The notes: generated by a model from the letters alone, not told the origin. A DNA stretch of 64,000 bases from a candidate division FCPU426 bacterium (GCA_963796105.1 CAWCKJ010000004.1:736001-800000); one strand, 5' to 3'; shown: positions 48,901-59,099, counted from the stretch's first letter. Numbers and translations are program-made.

Positions 48901-51900
48901 TTCCTCCTCCTACGTGATAAACGCGGTCGGGGCCTACGTCACCAAAACGGGCAATCCGGCAGGGGACTTAAAATGGGAAATCAGGAGCCTTCCCGGTACA
49001 TTGATCGCCTCGGGAACTTTGGCCACCGCCTCCCAGGTCGGGACGAAGCTGCAATGGGTGGAAACCGGAATCACCCCGGTATCTTTACCAGCCCAGCAGG
49101 CGTGCCGTTTTATCCTTTCCTCCCCCGGATCAGCGTCAGGCAATGATTACCAATGGACGATGAACGGCACACAATCCTCTTGTTGCGCGAATTTCGGGAA
49201 TATCACTTACGATGGGACAAATTCCTTCGGCGAATCCTCCGCCAACAGCGGTTCCAGCTGGGTTTCAATATCCACCCTGGGAGATTGCGATTTTGGTTTC
49301 CGGGTCTGGTCGAACGGGTCCACCCCGACCTTAACCCCGACGGCCACCGCCACCAATACCCCCACTAAAACAAGCACCAATACCTTAACGAATACCGCGA
49401 CAAAAACCCCGACTAAAACCAGCACGCCCACCGTAACGGCCACCCCAACTCCCACCCCCACCGTTACCTTTACAAGCACCCCTTCCTATACTTCAACCCC
49501 CACGCAGACTTGCAACCCATCTATCGTCGGCTCCTGCTGGTACGAGTCCACCGCGAACGCGGCTTTCAGCGCCAGGGCCGGTAATGGTTGCGTGGTATTC
49601 GACCCAAGCACAGGAAACCCCGCGGGCAAAATGTGGGTCATCGCCGGGCAGACCTCGCCCTCGGCATTCTTGAACGACGTTTATTACAGCCCCGACGGGG
49701 CCAACTGGACCCAGGCCACGGCCAGCGCGGCCTTCTCCCAAAGGACGAGGCCCAGCGCCTTGGTTTTTGATCCCGTCACTAAAAATCAATCGAAACGGAT
49801 TTGGGTCATCGGCGGTTTGGACACTTCCTCAACTTGTCTCAACGACGTCTGGTGGTCTCCCAACGGGGTCAACTGGTTGCAGGCTACCTCCCACGCGGGC
49901 TTCACCGGCAGGTGGGGCATGAGCACCGCGGTCTATAATCCAACCGACGGCACGGCTACTGGAAAAATGTGGGTCATCGGCGGATATACGTCGAGCGGTT
50001 TCGCCAACGACGTTTGGTATTCCGCCGACGGGGTCAACTGGACCCTGGCCACTTCAAATCCACCCTTTGATGGAAGGTTCGGGGCGTCGGCCCTGGTCTT
50101 TGGCGGGAAATTGTGGGTTATCAGCGGGAGTGCCGTGACCAACGGCGTCTGGTGCACCACGGACGGGGTCCATTGGACTACGGCCACCTCCTCCCCCGCC
50201 TTTGGGTACAAATACGGCAACGCCGGTTATGTTTACAACGGCGCCATGTGGGTGGTCTCGGGCACCTCCTCAGGAAGCATCAACACCAACGACGTGTGGG
50301 CCTCCACGGATGGCGCCAACTGGACCCAGGTTAATTCCTCCGCGCCCTTCCCTGCCCGTCAAGTGACAAACGGCGTGGTGTTCGACGCCGGTACCGGCCT
50401 TTCCATGTGGCTGATCGGCGGCGCCGGGAACAGTTACTTTAACGATGTCTGGCACACGGTCGGCCTGCCGCCGACCGCCACTCCGACCTTTACAGTAACG
50501 CCGACGAATTCGCCGACTTCAACCCCCACCGTTACCTTTACGATGACCCCCACCTCCACCGCAACCTCGACAGGGACGGCCACCAATACACCCACTGCCA
50601 CGCCGACTGACACGGCTACAAGCACTCCAACTTCAAGCGATACAACTACGGATACGCCCACCTTTTCTCCGACCGATACGGCGACATTTACGGATACTTG
50701 CACGCCTTCCTACACCTCGACCAGCACACCCACCGATACGCCTACTTACACACCCACGAATACTCCGACTGATACCCCTACACCTACCAACACGACCACT
50801 GATACGCCAACCAATACCCCAACAAACACGCCTACGGATTCGCCTACGCCGTCGCCGACCAACACCCCGACCGATACTCCCACTAGCACCCCCACACCGA
50901 CACTTACAGACACCCTTACCCCAACCTATACGCCGTCCTCCACGCCTACCAGTACCTCAACTCCTACTGACACATCAACGGACACACCGACGGATTCGGC
51001 TACGGCAACGCCTACACCCACCAATACACCCACCAGCACTCTCACGCCAACCTTCACCAATACCCTTATCCCAACCTATACGCCGTCATTCACGCCTACC
51101 AATAAGTTTACGACAACGCCTACTCCCACCAACACACCTTCCAGTACACCAACGCCAGCCTCTACCAACACCCTTACCCCAACTTATACGCCGTCATTTA
51201 CACCTACCAACACGGCTACGCCAACGCCTACGCCCACCTATACGTTTACGAATACCCCCACGAATACTCCTACCAAAACCTACACATTCACAGCCACTTT
51301 TACTTATACGTACACATCCACCAATACCCCTACGAAAACGATTACAAACACGTACACAAAGACTTATACGCCGACTAACACCGGTACCCCGACAAAAACC
51401 CCGACTATTACCAATACATTCACGAAGACATTAATCCCTACCATAACGCGTTCCCCAACCGCCACATCCACGCCGACGAAAACCCTCACCCGTACCCCAA
51501 CACCCACCATCACCCGGACACCGACCAAGACGTTTACCGGAACGCCGACAAAAACACCTACCCGCACGAATACCCCCGCGGGTAAATCGATGAAAGACTT
51601 TGAACGGGAAACCCCGACCCCCACCCGACCGGCTGCATTATTGGTCATCGCGGCTCCAAGCATTTCCCGGAACGGGGAACCCATCCGATTCCGGATGGAG
51701 TTGGACCGGACGGTCGGGATCAAGCTGGGCCTTTACTCCCTGGATGGGGAAGAGGTCTTCCGGTCCTCGGTTGTGGGGAAGCCGGGTGAAAACATTTTGA
51801 CCTGGAATATTCAAAACACGGCCGGAAACCCAGTGGCCAGCGGCTTGTACGTGGCGGTCGTGCGGGTGGAGGACGGCGCTGGATCAAGAAAAAAGACTGT

Positions 51901-51922
51901 GAAAGTCGTGGTTTTGCGCTAA
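45914..51922 (+). CDS. Giant secreted Thr/Pro-rich surface protein (3 x ~350-aa repeats, Kelch propeller, FlgD-Ig/T9SS-CTD-like C-terminus)
   Basis: Signal peptide; repeats GS(V/L)RFT..GDN.G.P; NDVWxSxDG propeller; ~370-aa T/P tract; [22 protein letters not shown] tail. Confidence 0.88.
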   Translation: MKRTWFLKALCLLLFATPSFVSAQSEDTDTPTYTSTDIWTDTPTDVPVFTATDTPADTPTALPTFTPSDVPTATPTFTYTSTYYPTNTFTWSPTPLPYGTNYFGNNFPLDGNYSDYPMTDPSYQGSVRFTARNSGAVSIAWVYFSQDSGGQYVAQFEGDNAGVPDGNTLGNPATFSSANAGWSGVTFTGNPPNLTAGTVYHMVLSGTSNDGPATYCTWRLGTTPYNGMYPYDQSSDPNQGAAKNLGTGWTALGGVQPLFFLQFGNNFLDGNLNDLQVDEMVYGNNQESEMFVLNGVPVTITSVGAFVKEIGSPSESLTWAIKDGNVNINIATGILAMPSQVGPGYQWVETNLPTPLVLSPDNYIFALNSSGSSNSSNCYSWSLGGCESLGFKYLLAGTYEGYLASGAYSIDGGSTWNHFQNPYVNSFPFRFLQSPAGTPTPTPTPTPPGTSYVGNQSVVSSPNDLVLDDFSIRGSLRFTSRINGPVTGVDLYIDWTYAGPFYRIGIQGDNNGIPNGTYLSAPVTQSITKVGWQTFALGPGVTLSSGNIYHVVLETVHYGDFMGGSVLWRQATAPAAQLYPSGQQSDPNMGIAQDLGKGWAFVPGYQPIFALRISSGPMDGNPYIASNDWNILGTVQLGERFLVNGLPVTVSTAGAYVRKYGNPSGNLNWAIQVFTSGMTVTTASGTLAAPSQVGTNYQWVEAPIPSTRLAPGIYRFVLSSPGSTTQGNGYQWSMAYSNFASPSPYANITYGKDMAFGEESNDGGSTWSGLDISPYYGNDFCFRMLTDPNATPVPTSTPTPTGFLAIGNQSVYSSVNNLVLGDPGTRGSLRFTARQSAPVSGVCLYIDHSIGTPQYKFGLQGDNNGFPAGTYLSGPATLAFNNYGNGWVTLGVNPSVNLAAGTVYHVVAEPVSVNGTNYAVWEQSTVPGTKLYPLGQQADANMGIDQDMGNGWNFVPGYQPVFVLLNGAGPFDGNPYIFGFNMDIYGSNEYSQRFTPSSSYVINAVGAYVTKTGNPAGDLKWEIRSLPGTLIASGTLATASQVGTKLQWVETGITPVSLPAQQACRFILSSPGSASGNDYQWTMNGTQSSCCANFGNITYDGTNSFGESSANSGSSWVSISTLGDCDFGFRVWSNGSTPTLTPTATATNTPTKTSTNTLTNTATKTPTKTSTPTVTATPTPTPTVTFTSTPSYTSTPTQTCNPSIVGSCWYESTANAAFSARAGNGCVVFDPSTGNPAGKMWVIAGQTSPSAFLNDVYYSPDGANWTQATASAAFSQRTRPSALVFDPVTKNQSKRIWVIGGLDTSSTCLNDVWWSPNGVNWLQATSHAGFTGRWGMSTAVYNPTDGTATGKMWVIGGYTSSGFANDVWYSADGVNWTLATSNPPFDGRFGASALVFGGKLWVISGSAVTNGVWCTTDGVHWTTATSSPAFGYKYGNAGYVYNGAMWVVSGTSSGSINTNDVWASTDGANWTQVNSSAPFPARQVTNGVVFDAGTGLSMWLIGGAGNSYFNDVWHTVGLPPTATPTFTVTPTNSPTSTPTVTFTMTPTSTATSTGTATNTPTATPTDTATSTPTSSDTTTDTPTFSPTDTATFTDTCTPSYTSTSTPTDTPTYTPTNTPTDTPTPTNTTTDTPTNTPTNTPTDSPTPSPTNTPTDTPTSTPTPTLTDTLTPTYTPSSTPTSTSTPTDTSTDTPTDSATATPTPTNTPTSTLTPTFTNTLIPTYTPSFTPTNKFTTTPTPTNTPSSTPTPASTNTLTPTYTPSFTPTNTATPTPTPTYTFTNTPTNTPTKTYTFTATFTYTYTSTNTPTKTITNTYTKTYTPTNTGTPTKTPTITNTFTKTLIPTITRSPTATSTPTKTLTRTPTPTITRTPTKTFTGTPTKTPTRTNTPAGKSMKDFERETPTPTRPAALLVIAAPSISRNGEPIRFRMELDRTVGIKLGLYSLDGEEVFRSSVVGKPGENILTWNIQNTAGNPVASGLYVAVVRVEDGAGSRKKTVKVVVLR

Positions 51923-51949
51923 TAAGCTGGTTCGAAAATCCCCATTAAT

Positions 51950-53554
51950 TCAACATTTAACAACTGCCTTGATGGAGGCTAATTCCGCCTCGGCCTTCAG
52001 CCTGAAAATATCCGCGTCGAGCCGGGCCAGGACCACGTTCCTGAATTTCCCGAAATGAAGGTAAAGGGCCATGAGGGATATGGCGCTGTTCAGGGCCCTG
52101 GGATTCCTGAAGAGTGTGGAGAGGATGACCTTCACGTAATGGTAGGCGGCTACGGGGTTGAATCCGAACTTGACGGAAAGGTTGAGCAAGGCCCTCATTT
52201 CCTTGATCTTCCTGAGGAAAGGCGTGCGGAACTGGTGGTTGGAACGGTTCAATTCCAGGGCCATGCGCTGGATGCGCCCGAAATATTTCCCCGCCGAGAA
52301 TGTTTCCTTAATAACCCTGCGGAAATCCTTCAGGATCTCGAACTTCGGCCTCAAGGTGGTGAAATTAAGCCCCGTCGTGCATTGGCAGGTGGCGTTGGCG
52401 GCGGGGACATCGAAAGTTTCGTCCAACCGGCCTTCCCGGCGCAGGCGGCGGGTCATTTGGGTGTTGGGCAGGGCGTACAAAAGGCCCACCATGCTCACGG
52501 GGATGTTGGTGTCCTCGATATTGTCCAGGAGGGCCTGGGCCACGCTTCCCTTCTCGCCGTCGAACCCCACGATATAGCCCGCGTGCACGACCATCCCGTG
52601 CTGGTTGATCCGCTGGACGCTTTCCGCGATGGACCTTCGGGTGTTCTGGCCCTTCTGGGTGGCTTTGAGCGTCTCCTCATTCGGCGTCTCGATGCCCGTG
52701 AAAACCCAGCTGAAGCCCGCTTCCTTCATCAGGTCCATGAGGGGCGAATCGTCGGAAAGGTTCAGGGAGGCCTCGGTGGAAAGGTCGAAGGGATGGCGGT
52801 GCTCCCTCTGCCATTGGATGATGGAAGGCAGGAGTTCCTTGACGGCTTTCTTGTTTCCGATGAAATTATCGTCCACGATCTCCACGTGCCCCCGGTAGCC
52901 CAGGTCGTAGATCTTCTGGAGCTCCAAAAGCACCTGTCCGGGGCTCTTGCCTCTGGGCACCCGGCCGAAAAGCTCGATGATGTCGCAGAACTCGCACAGG
53001 AAGGGACAACCCCGGTTCCATTGGATGGCCACATGGAGGTATTTCTTGAGTTTCAGGAGCTCGAACCTCGGGGCGGGGCTTTTCGTCATATCGGCCTTGC
53101 GCCCTCCCGCCTCATAGAGGTGCCTGGGCTTGCCCCTTTGGAAATCCTCCAAGAACTCCGGGAAGGTGATTTCCGCCTCCCCCAGGACTAGATGGTCGGC
53201 CCGGTCGTAAACGTGTGGGCTGGAGCTGGGGTCGGGTCCCCCCACGATGACCTTTTTCTTGAGGGCCTTGAAAAAGCCGATCAAGCGCAGGTGGTCCGGC
53301 TGTTGGAAGATCATGCCGCTGATGAAAACCGTGTCCGCCCAGGCCACATCCCGGGCCTTGAGCTTTTCCACGTTCAAGTCGATGAGCTTGACCCGCCAGG
53401 CGGGGGGAAACATGGCGGCCACCGTGATGAGGCCCAGGGGGGCGGTGGGGTACTTGGCCCCCATCAGCTCGCAGGCTTCCTTATAGTTCCAGAAGGACTG
53501 GGCGGTGAACTTGGGATAGATGAGCAAACAACGGTTAACTTGGTTTTCCAGCAT
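51950..53554 (-). CDS. B12-binding radical SAM protein (DUF4070 type)
   Basis: APLGLITVAA, VGGPDPS, RGCPFLCEFCDI, DDNFIGN, GIETP. Confidence 0.92.
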   Translation of the reverse strand: MLENQVNRCLLIYPKFTAQSFWNYKEACELMGAKYPTAPLGLITVAAMFPPAWRVKLIDLNVEKLKARDVAWADTVFISGMIFQQPDHLRLIGFFKALKKKVIVGGPDPSSSPHVYDRADHLVLGEAEITFPEFLEDFQRGKPRHLYEAGGRKADMTKSPAPRFELLKLKKYLHVAIQWNRGCPFLCEFCDIIELFGRVPRGKSPGQVLLELQKIYDLGYRGHVEIVDDNFIGNKKAVKELLPSIIQWQREHRHPFDLSTEASLNLSDDSPLMDLMKEAGFSWVFTGIETPNEETLKATQKGQNTRRSIAESVQRINQHGMVVHAGYIVGFDGEKGSVAQALLDNIEDTNIPVSMVGLLYALPNTQMTRRLRREGRLDETFDVPAANATCQCTTGLNFTTLRPKFEILKDFRRVIKETFSAGKYFGRIQRMALELNRSNHQFRTPFLRKIKEMRALLNLSVKFGFNPVAAYHYVKVILSTLFRNPRALNSAISLMALYLHFGKFRNVVLARLDADIFRLKAEAELASIKAVVKC

Positions 53555-53676
53555 GGATGCCTCCATAGGGGACTCAACCGGCCTGCGGGGAAACTCTGCG
53601 GAATAAGCGGCGGATTCGGGGTCGAAGAAGTCTTTATTCACTATAGACCTAATGGGGGATAAGGGGGGATAAAAAG

Positions 53677-53720
53677 GACAATGTAAAATGAACAATTGAG
53701 AATGAACGATTAAACAACGG
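53677..53720. repeat. Degenerate 7-mer tandem repeat
   Basis: gacaatg taaaatg aacaatt gagaatg aacgatt. Confidence 0.65.
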
Positions 53721-54101
53721 AACCGAGAGACCCGGCGAACAACTATGTTGATTCACGTGCCAGCCTTCCATAAAGCTTTTACAGAGGCTGGTACAGTACC
53801 GATCTCTATAATATTTTTATAGATTATCGGCATGAATTAAGAGGATTCCAGTGGATTGGCTTAAGATGAAAAACAATGAACCCATTCGAACCCCTCGCAT
53901 CACGGCATAGGGTAGGAGCTTCGGGTGACCAATTGGGCTAGGTTCCATTCCCCGCCCAAGTACACGGCTAGGCCCCCGGGCTTGCCCGGGGTCTTGGCAG
54001 CCGGTAAAATCATATCAACTGCCGGAGTTAGGGCCGGCGATCATTCCCGATCCTGGCGGACACAAGGGCCGCTGATAAATTAAAACTAATGGGAGGCTTT
54101 T

Positions 54102-54638
54102 ATGACCCACCTTGAAAACACCGGCGCGCCAGTCGAAACCGAGCTTCTGGTTTCCTTCACCGGACTCGCTGGATTCAACCGGAAATTCGTCCTGCCGGGC
54201 CAAGACCGTCTCGTCTTCGACGCCATGAGGGATTACTTCGCCTGGAGCGGCGCCCTCATCCAAGGACTTGGCGGAACCGTGGTCAAGTGCATCGGGGACG
54301 CCATGCTGCTGGCCTTTCCCGAGGATGCCGCAAGCCTGGGGGTGGCGGCCCTGATGGAACTGAAAACCCAAGGGGACGCCTGGTTGGAACAAAGGCGGAT
54401 CCCTTGCCAGCACCAGATCAAAGCCCATCTTGGCCCGGTTGTCGTCGGCCCCATCGGGGCGCCGGGCCATGAGCGCCTGGACGTCTACGGGAAGACTGTG
54501 AATGTCTGCGCCACCTTGGAGAACGGCCCCTTCGTGCTGACACCCCAGGTGTTTCGGGCGCTGGATGAGGGCACCCGGCGGCATTTCAAGAAACACACCC
54601 CGCCGGTGACCTACATCCGGGTTGAGGACAGGCATTAA
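54102..54638 (+). CDS. Single-domain class III cyclase-like protein (degenerate)
   Basis: VVKCIGDAML, HLGPVVVG, DVYGKTVN; first metal-binding Asp and catalytic Arg are absent. Confidence 0.8.
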   Translation: MTHLENTGAPVETELLVSFTGLAGFNRKFVLPGQDRLVFDAMRDYFAWSGALIQGLGGTVVKCIGDAMLLAFPEDAASLGVAALMELKTQGDAWLEQRRIPCQHQIKAHLGPVVVGPIGAPGHERLDVYGKTVNVCATLENGPFVLTPQVFRALDEGTRRHFKKHTPPVTYIRVEDRH

Positions 54639-54730
54639 AGAATGAAAAATGAATAATGGACAATGAACGGATTCGACGGGTTCGATGAACTCACCGCAGG
54701 CTCTCTACATGCGCTCACCGAGGGCAAACC
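54638..54730. repeat. 7-mer repeats plus ttcga..ctcacc REP-like motifs
   Basis: aagaatg aaaaatg aataatg gacaatg aacggat tcgac; ctcaccg twice. Confidence 0.6.
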
Positions 54731-54856
54731 AAAACATCAATTTTGAATCTTCCGAGAGAATAAGGAAAGTTTTTAACTTTTAATTCCGAAATCGGGTTAA
54801 TCGAACATCCCGCTTTTTAGCGGACTTCGTTTTAAATTAAGAACTTCCAAAAAAAC

Positions 54857-54968
54857 TTTCACCACAGGCTGCCTATGGCAGCGCACAGAGGCACCGTAGG
54901 ATAAAACCTTAATGTTTTAACGCCATAAACCCAACAACTTATTTCGGTGCGAAGCTCCACGGTTTAAA
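54857..54968. repeat. REP/MITE-like element related to 58630..58733
   Basis: tttcaccacaggct, cacagaggca and ggtgcgaagc.ccac are shared with the 58.6-kb element. Confidence 0.6.
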
Positions 54969-55203
54969 GAAGTAACTTTGCTAGAGCCTCTAAGTTTGGT
55001 TTCATCCGCCGAAATCAATTGAACGTTTTCTGAAAGCACATGCCTCCCGAAAACAGTAAAACGTGCTTCCCATATAAAGGCCCTTTACCCTTCTTTTCGC
55101 CAGGCGCCGGTGCTAATTTTGATTTGAAGGAAGATTCATCCACCGACAACCTACGCCAGCCCGCTTGAAATACGGCATCATTCCCAACCCCAAGGAGGAG
55201 AAT

Positions 55204-57273
55204 ATGCGGAGTCTTCAAGCGGCCCCGGTACCGGAATCCCACAAACTGCTTTTTCCCCAGCTCATACGTGATTTCAAAACCGCGCTCAATTACGTTTCCT
55301 TTTACTCAGTCGACAGCCCCTTCGTCCTGCAGGCGGTGCAGAAACTTTTCAAGGGATTACAGCGCCTCCTGATGGGAGTGGGGACCGTCGTGATCCGCGC
55401 GCAAGGCGGGCGGCTCTTCCTGAACGACACGGATTTTTCCGATTGCGACGAGCTCCTAAAGGATATCGAGGACAAGAATATTTTGGGACTGGTTTTGGAA
55501 AAAGGCCTCACCCAGGGGGAACTCGTCCGCTGGCTCAAGCACCTCACCCTTCCCGTCTCCCGCATGGACGAAGATCCTTCCTCGGACACCCCCTTGGCCC
55601 TGCGCGCCCTCTCGGCGGACGAGATGGTCCAGGTCCAAACGGCAGAGGCCGAAACCGTCCACGTCGAGGAGCGGTCCCCGGATTTGGACAAGCTTCTCGA
55701 ACCCCCGACGCTCGCGGTGCCCGTCATGGAAAATCTTCTCAAAGAACCCCCAATCCCTCCACCCTCCACCGCCGCGCCGACCCTCCCTGTTCCCGTGAAC
55801 GAGGCCCTCTTGAGCTTCGTCGCGGAGGCCTGGCAGCACGCCCAAACCCAGAGGAAAATGGTGGATACCTCAACCGAAATGACCACCCTGGCCGAGTCCT
55901 TCGAGAAATTGTTCGACCGCCTCCTGGACCGAGTGGAAAAAACCTCGCCCGAGTTCGCGGGGGTCTGCCAATGGTTCAAGGCCTCCCCGGGGGAATTCCT
56001 GGAGAAGCAGACGGTGGCTTCCATGTACCCCCTGCTGGAAACGGCGGTGAGGAATGGATGGACGGGGGTTTTGTTCGATCCCGCCACCGAGGGCCTGGTG
56101 GGGGAGTGCCTGGCCTACTGGGGGGCGCAGGGGAAGAGCGACCTGGTGGAGAAAACCGTGGCCGGGCTCTCCGATGGATTCTCGGGGGACCCGCTGGAAA
56201 GGGAGTTAGCTCTCATTCATCTCATGGACGCCAGGCCCTGGATCTCCAACGGCAAACTCTTGGGAATGGTGCTGGACCGCTTGAATTCCCTCCTGGCCAA
56301 CGAGACCTTCCCGGGGCTCTACCAAAGCGGATTGCTCCTGGCCTGGGACCTGACGGGTCCCGCCTTGGCCGAGGAAAACGAGCCGGCTGTCCTGACGCTC
56401 CTATCCACGCTCCACTTCCACGCCGACGAGGACTTGACCTCTTTCCCCGAGAGGAACCGGATCGCGCGCCACTGGCTTTTCGAGCGCTCCACGCCGGAGA
56501 TGATCAGGCGCTTCACGCAATGCGCCTTTCGCGCGGGGCAGTTAAGCCATTACCCCCTCCTGGGGGACATGGCCGCGAAACTTCTCGTGGCAGACTACTT
56601 CGCGGCGGCGGCCCCCGAGAGGGCGGTGTTCCTGCAGATGTTTTCCGAGATGAGGGAATCCATCAACAACTTCCTGGCGGAGCGCCTCCCCGATTTGAGG
56701 GACGAGGAGGAAGTCAGGGCCTTGATCCCCATAGTCCGGGTCAGCGGGTTGGACGCGGGCCTCTCCCTCCAGTTCTGTCCCTGGCTGAGCAAGGGAAGCA
56801 GGGAGCTCAAGCAGGACTTGATCAGCATGATCGAGGAGGTGAAGAAACCCGGAGGGGGACCGGCCCTGCGTCTGGCCTTGTTCGACGACTCGGAGGAAAT
56901 CGCCGCCATGGCGGCGCGGGTGGCGGGAAAGATCGGCTTCAAGCCGGCCCTGAACCTGTTGGTGAAGGCCGCCAAGATCCGGGAGAAGCATTTCCCGAAC
57001 AACGACCTTTTCCTGGCCTCCGTCTGCCAGGCCCTGGGGGACTTGGGAAGCCCTGAGGCGCTTCCGACCCTGCTCGACATCGCCCGTAAGAAACCCCTCT
57101 TGAAGGGACGGACCTACGCGCTTCCCGTCAGGCTCGCGGCGATCCAGGCCTTGACCCGGTTGAACCAGCCCGAGGGCTGGCAGTTCGTGGAATCGCTGGT
57201 GGAAGAGAAGAACGAGCAACTGCAGGAAGGTTTGGAGAAGATCCTCCAGGACAAGAACGAATTTTCAGCCTGA
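55204..57273 (+). CDS. HEAT-repeat protein
   Basis: AAGGAGG SD; C-terminal HEAT/PBS-lyase-like repeats (ALFDDSEEIAAMAARVAG, VCQALGDLG, VRLAAIQAL). Confidence 0.82.
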   Translation: MRSLQAAPVPESHKLLFPQLIRDFKTALNYVSFYSVDSPFVLQAVQKLFKGLQRLLMGVGTVVIRAQGGRLFLNDTDFSDCDELLKDIEDKNILGLVLEKGLTQGELVRWLKHLTLPVSRMDEDPSSDTPLALRALSADEMVQVQTAEAETVHVEERSPDLDKLLEPPTLAVPVMENLLKEPPIPPPSTAAPTLPVPVNEALLSFVAEAWQHAQTQRKMVDTSTEMTTLAESFEKLFDRLLDRVEKTSPEFAGVCQWFKASPGEFLEKQTVASMYPLLETAVRNGWTGVLFDPATEGLVGECLAYWGAQGKSDLVEKTVAGLSDGFSGDPLERELALIHLMDARPWISNGKLLGMVLDRLNSLLANETFPGLYQSGLLLAWDLTGPALAEENEPAVLTLLSTLHFHADEDLTSFPERNRIARHWLFERSTPEMIRRFTQCAFRAGQLSHYPLLGDMAAKLLVADYFAAAAPERAVFLQMFSEMRESINNFLAERLPDLRDEEEVRALIPIVRVSGLDAGLSLQFCPWLSKGSRELKQDLISMIEEVKKPGGGPALRLALFDDSEEIAAMAARVAGKIGFKPALNLLVKAAKIREKHFPNNDLFLASVCQALGDLGSPEALPTLLDIARKKPLLKGRTYALPVRLAAIQALTRLNQPEGWQFVESLVEEKNEQLQEGLEKILQDKNEFSA

Positions 57274-57358
57274 GAAGGATCACGGAGGTAAGCGCCCGGC
57301 GGGTGAGTCAATCCCCGCCGGGCGTGTTATTTATGGGCCTTTTATTGAATGAACCAGC

Positions 57359-57598
57359 TTACCGCCCGCTGCCCATGACTTCCCCCGCGGCCTCGGCGCC
57401 CTGGACAGCCTGGCCCGCCGGGGAAGCCGCGATGGGCTTGCCCCCGTTCAAGGTGACGGCGGCGGTATCCGCGCTGATGGGGCCTAAAAAGCCGAAGTAC
57501 TTGAGAGCGTAGTAGCCTCCCCCGACCAGGATCGCGATCAATATCAAAGTCTGGAAGACCCCTCCCCTCTCGTTATTCACTAGATTTGGGGTTGTCAT
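57359..57598 (-). CDS. Small single-TM protein with prepilin-like N-terminus
   Basis: NNERG-GVFQTLILIAILVGGGYY; AGGAG SD. Confidence 0.55.
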   Translation of the reverse strand: MTTPNLVNNERGGVFQTLILIAILVGGGYYALKYFGFLGPISADTAAVTLNGGKPIAASPAGQAVQGAEAAGEVMGSGR

Positions 57599-57735
57599 GG
57601 CGCACTCCTATGGAAATTTATTGATATACGATCATACCACTTACCCAGGGCAAATCCGAGTTCCTCCCAACCTCTGTGTCCAAAAAGAATTTATGGGGTT
57701 TATTTTTTTCCGAAACTCCGTATCCTGTTTCGCAC

Positions 57736-58623
57736 ATGAAACCCTCATCCCTATCGCCTTTAAAAACCCCGGCTTTTCTTTTGAACCCCCATCCCAAGCA
57801 TCTTTTCCGGGACGCGGTTCAAAAACTTCCCATGAACGGCATCCACACCATCTGCGAGGAGGCCAAGTGCCCCAACCGCGGGGAATGCCTTCCCAAGCAC
57901 GGAACCCTTTCCATCATGGTCATGGGATCCATCTGCACCAGGGGATGCCCCTTTTGCGCCGTCACGACAGGGAAGCCCCTGCCCTTGGACCCAGGGGAGC
58001 CCCAAAAGGTGGTGGAGATCGCCAGGGCCTTGGGGGTCCGCTACTTGGTCATGACCTCCCCCAACCGTGACGAACTGCCGGACGGGGGCGCCTACCAGTA
58101 CACGAGAATCGTGTCGGCCTTGAGGGAGTCCCTGCCTTCCTTGAGAATCGAGATTTTGGCCCCGGATTTCCAAGGCAGAGAATCCTCCTATGGAATCCTT
58201 CTGGAGAATCCGCCGGACGTCTTGGCCCACGACCTTCAAACCGTTCCCAGGCTTTACCAAAACATTCGTCCCGGCGCCGATTACGAAAGATCCTTGGGGT
58301 TTTTCCGCTGGTTCAAGGAAAATTCGGACCCAACCCGGATGTCACTCAAGGGCGGGCTCATGGTGGGCTTTGGGGAAAGGGAGGAAGAGGTGGAAGAGGT
58401 GCTTGCCGGCGCCGCGAGGGCCGGGGCGAAATTCTTCACCATTGGGCAATACCTGAAGCCTCCCGGCTCCACCCTGGAAGTGGCGGAATACGTCCCACTG
58501 GAGCGCTATCAGCGTTGGACGAAGGCCGGGGAGAGGCTGGGGCTGAGCGTCCAGGCGTCCCCCTTGACCCGCTCCAGCTACCTGGCGGAGCGTCTCGCTG
58601 GCCAAAATACCAAGGACTTCTAA
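57736..58623 (+). CDS. lipA: Lipoyl synthase
   Basis: CEEAKCPNRGEC, CTRGCPFC, TIGQYL, RSSY. Confidence 0.95.
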   Translation: MKPSSLSPLKTPAFLLNPHPKHLFRDAVQKLPMNGIHTICEEAKCPNRGECLPKHGTLSIMVMGSICTRGCPFCAVTTGKPLPLDPGEPQKVVEIARALGVRYLVMTSPNRDELPDGGAYQYTRIVSALRESLPSLRIEILAPDFQGRESSYGILLENPPDVLAHDLQTVPRLYQNIRPGADYERSLGFFRWFKENSDPTRMSLKGGLMVGFGEREEEVEEVLAGAARAGAKFFTIGQYLKPPGSTLEVAEYVPLERYQRWTKAGERLGLSVQASPLTRSSYLAERLAGQNTKDF

Positions 58624-58629
58624 TAAAGC

Positions 58630-58733
58630 TTTCACCACAGGCTCTTGTTTTAGATTTAAAAATCTTTTTGAATAATAGCCAATAAAATGTAAAACCATGC
58701 CTCTGTGTGGTGCGAAGCACCACTGTGGTGAAA
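58630..58733. repeat. Palindromic REP/MITE-like element
   Basis: Terminal IR tttcaccacag / ctgtggtgaaa; internal hairpin gtggtgc-gaa-gcaccac. Confidence 0.7.
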
Positions 58734-58778
58734 TTCCTTTGCTTTAAATATTTTCCCAATATTGGATAAAATTCAAAT

Positions 58779-59099
58779 ATGCCCCAAACATCCGAATCGA
58801 AATACTTCATCACGGTCTATACCGACAAAAAGAAGCCCCTCCTGGAGGGGCCCTTGAAAGGCCTGGCCGAGAAGGGCTTGAAAAGGCTCACCCAGCGTTT
58901 CCCCGGCTTGAGGATCTCCCGTCAGGCTTTTTTCCCGGAGCGGGTGGAATTCTTATTGGATTTCGCGCGCCTGGACGAGGACCTTCCTCGCGTGGTCCAG
59001 TTCTTCAAGTTCGAGGTGAAGGACCAGGCCAAGAAGAAGGGTTTCCAGGGGGAGTCGCTCTGGCAGTGGAATTACGACGTGGTTGAGATTCCTTTTTAA
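58779..59099 (+). CDS. Degenerate RAYT / Y1 (IS200-like) transposase-fold protein
   Basis: YFITVYT..PL, PERVEFLL (in place of PDHVH), LPRVVQFFK, LWQWNY. Confidence 0.62.
   Translation: MPQTSESKYFITVYTDKKKPLLEGPLKGLAEKGLKRLTQRFPGLRISRQAFFPERVEFLLDFARLDEDLPRVVQFFKFEVKDQAKKKGFQGESLWQWNYDVVEIPF

Noticed and set aside
45667..52114. Possible DGR template/variable repeat pair
   Set aside because: No reverse transcriptase in the window, only two mismatches in the core, and the target is an enzyme C-terminus
53755..53765. Second sigma-54 site (TGGCACG on minus strand)
   Set aside because: No TTGC at the -12 position
54017..54101. Possible fluoride or guanidine-II riboswitch upstream of the cyclase-like gene
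   Set aside because: Small hairpins are present, but the conserved nucleotides of those classes are missing
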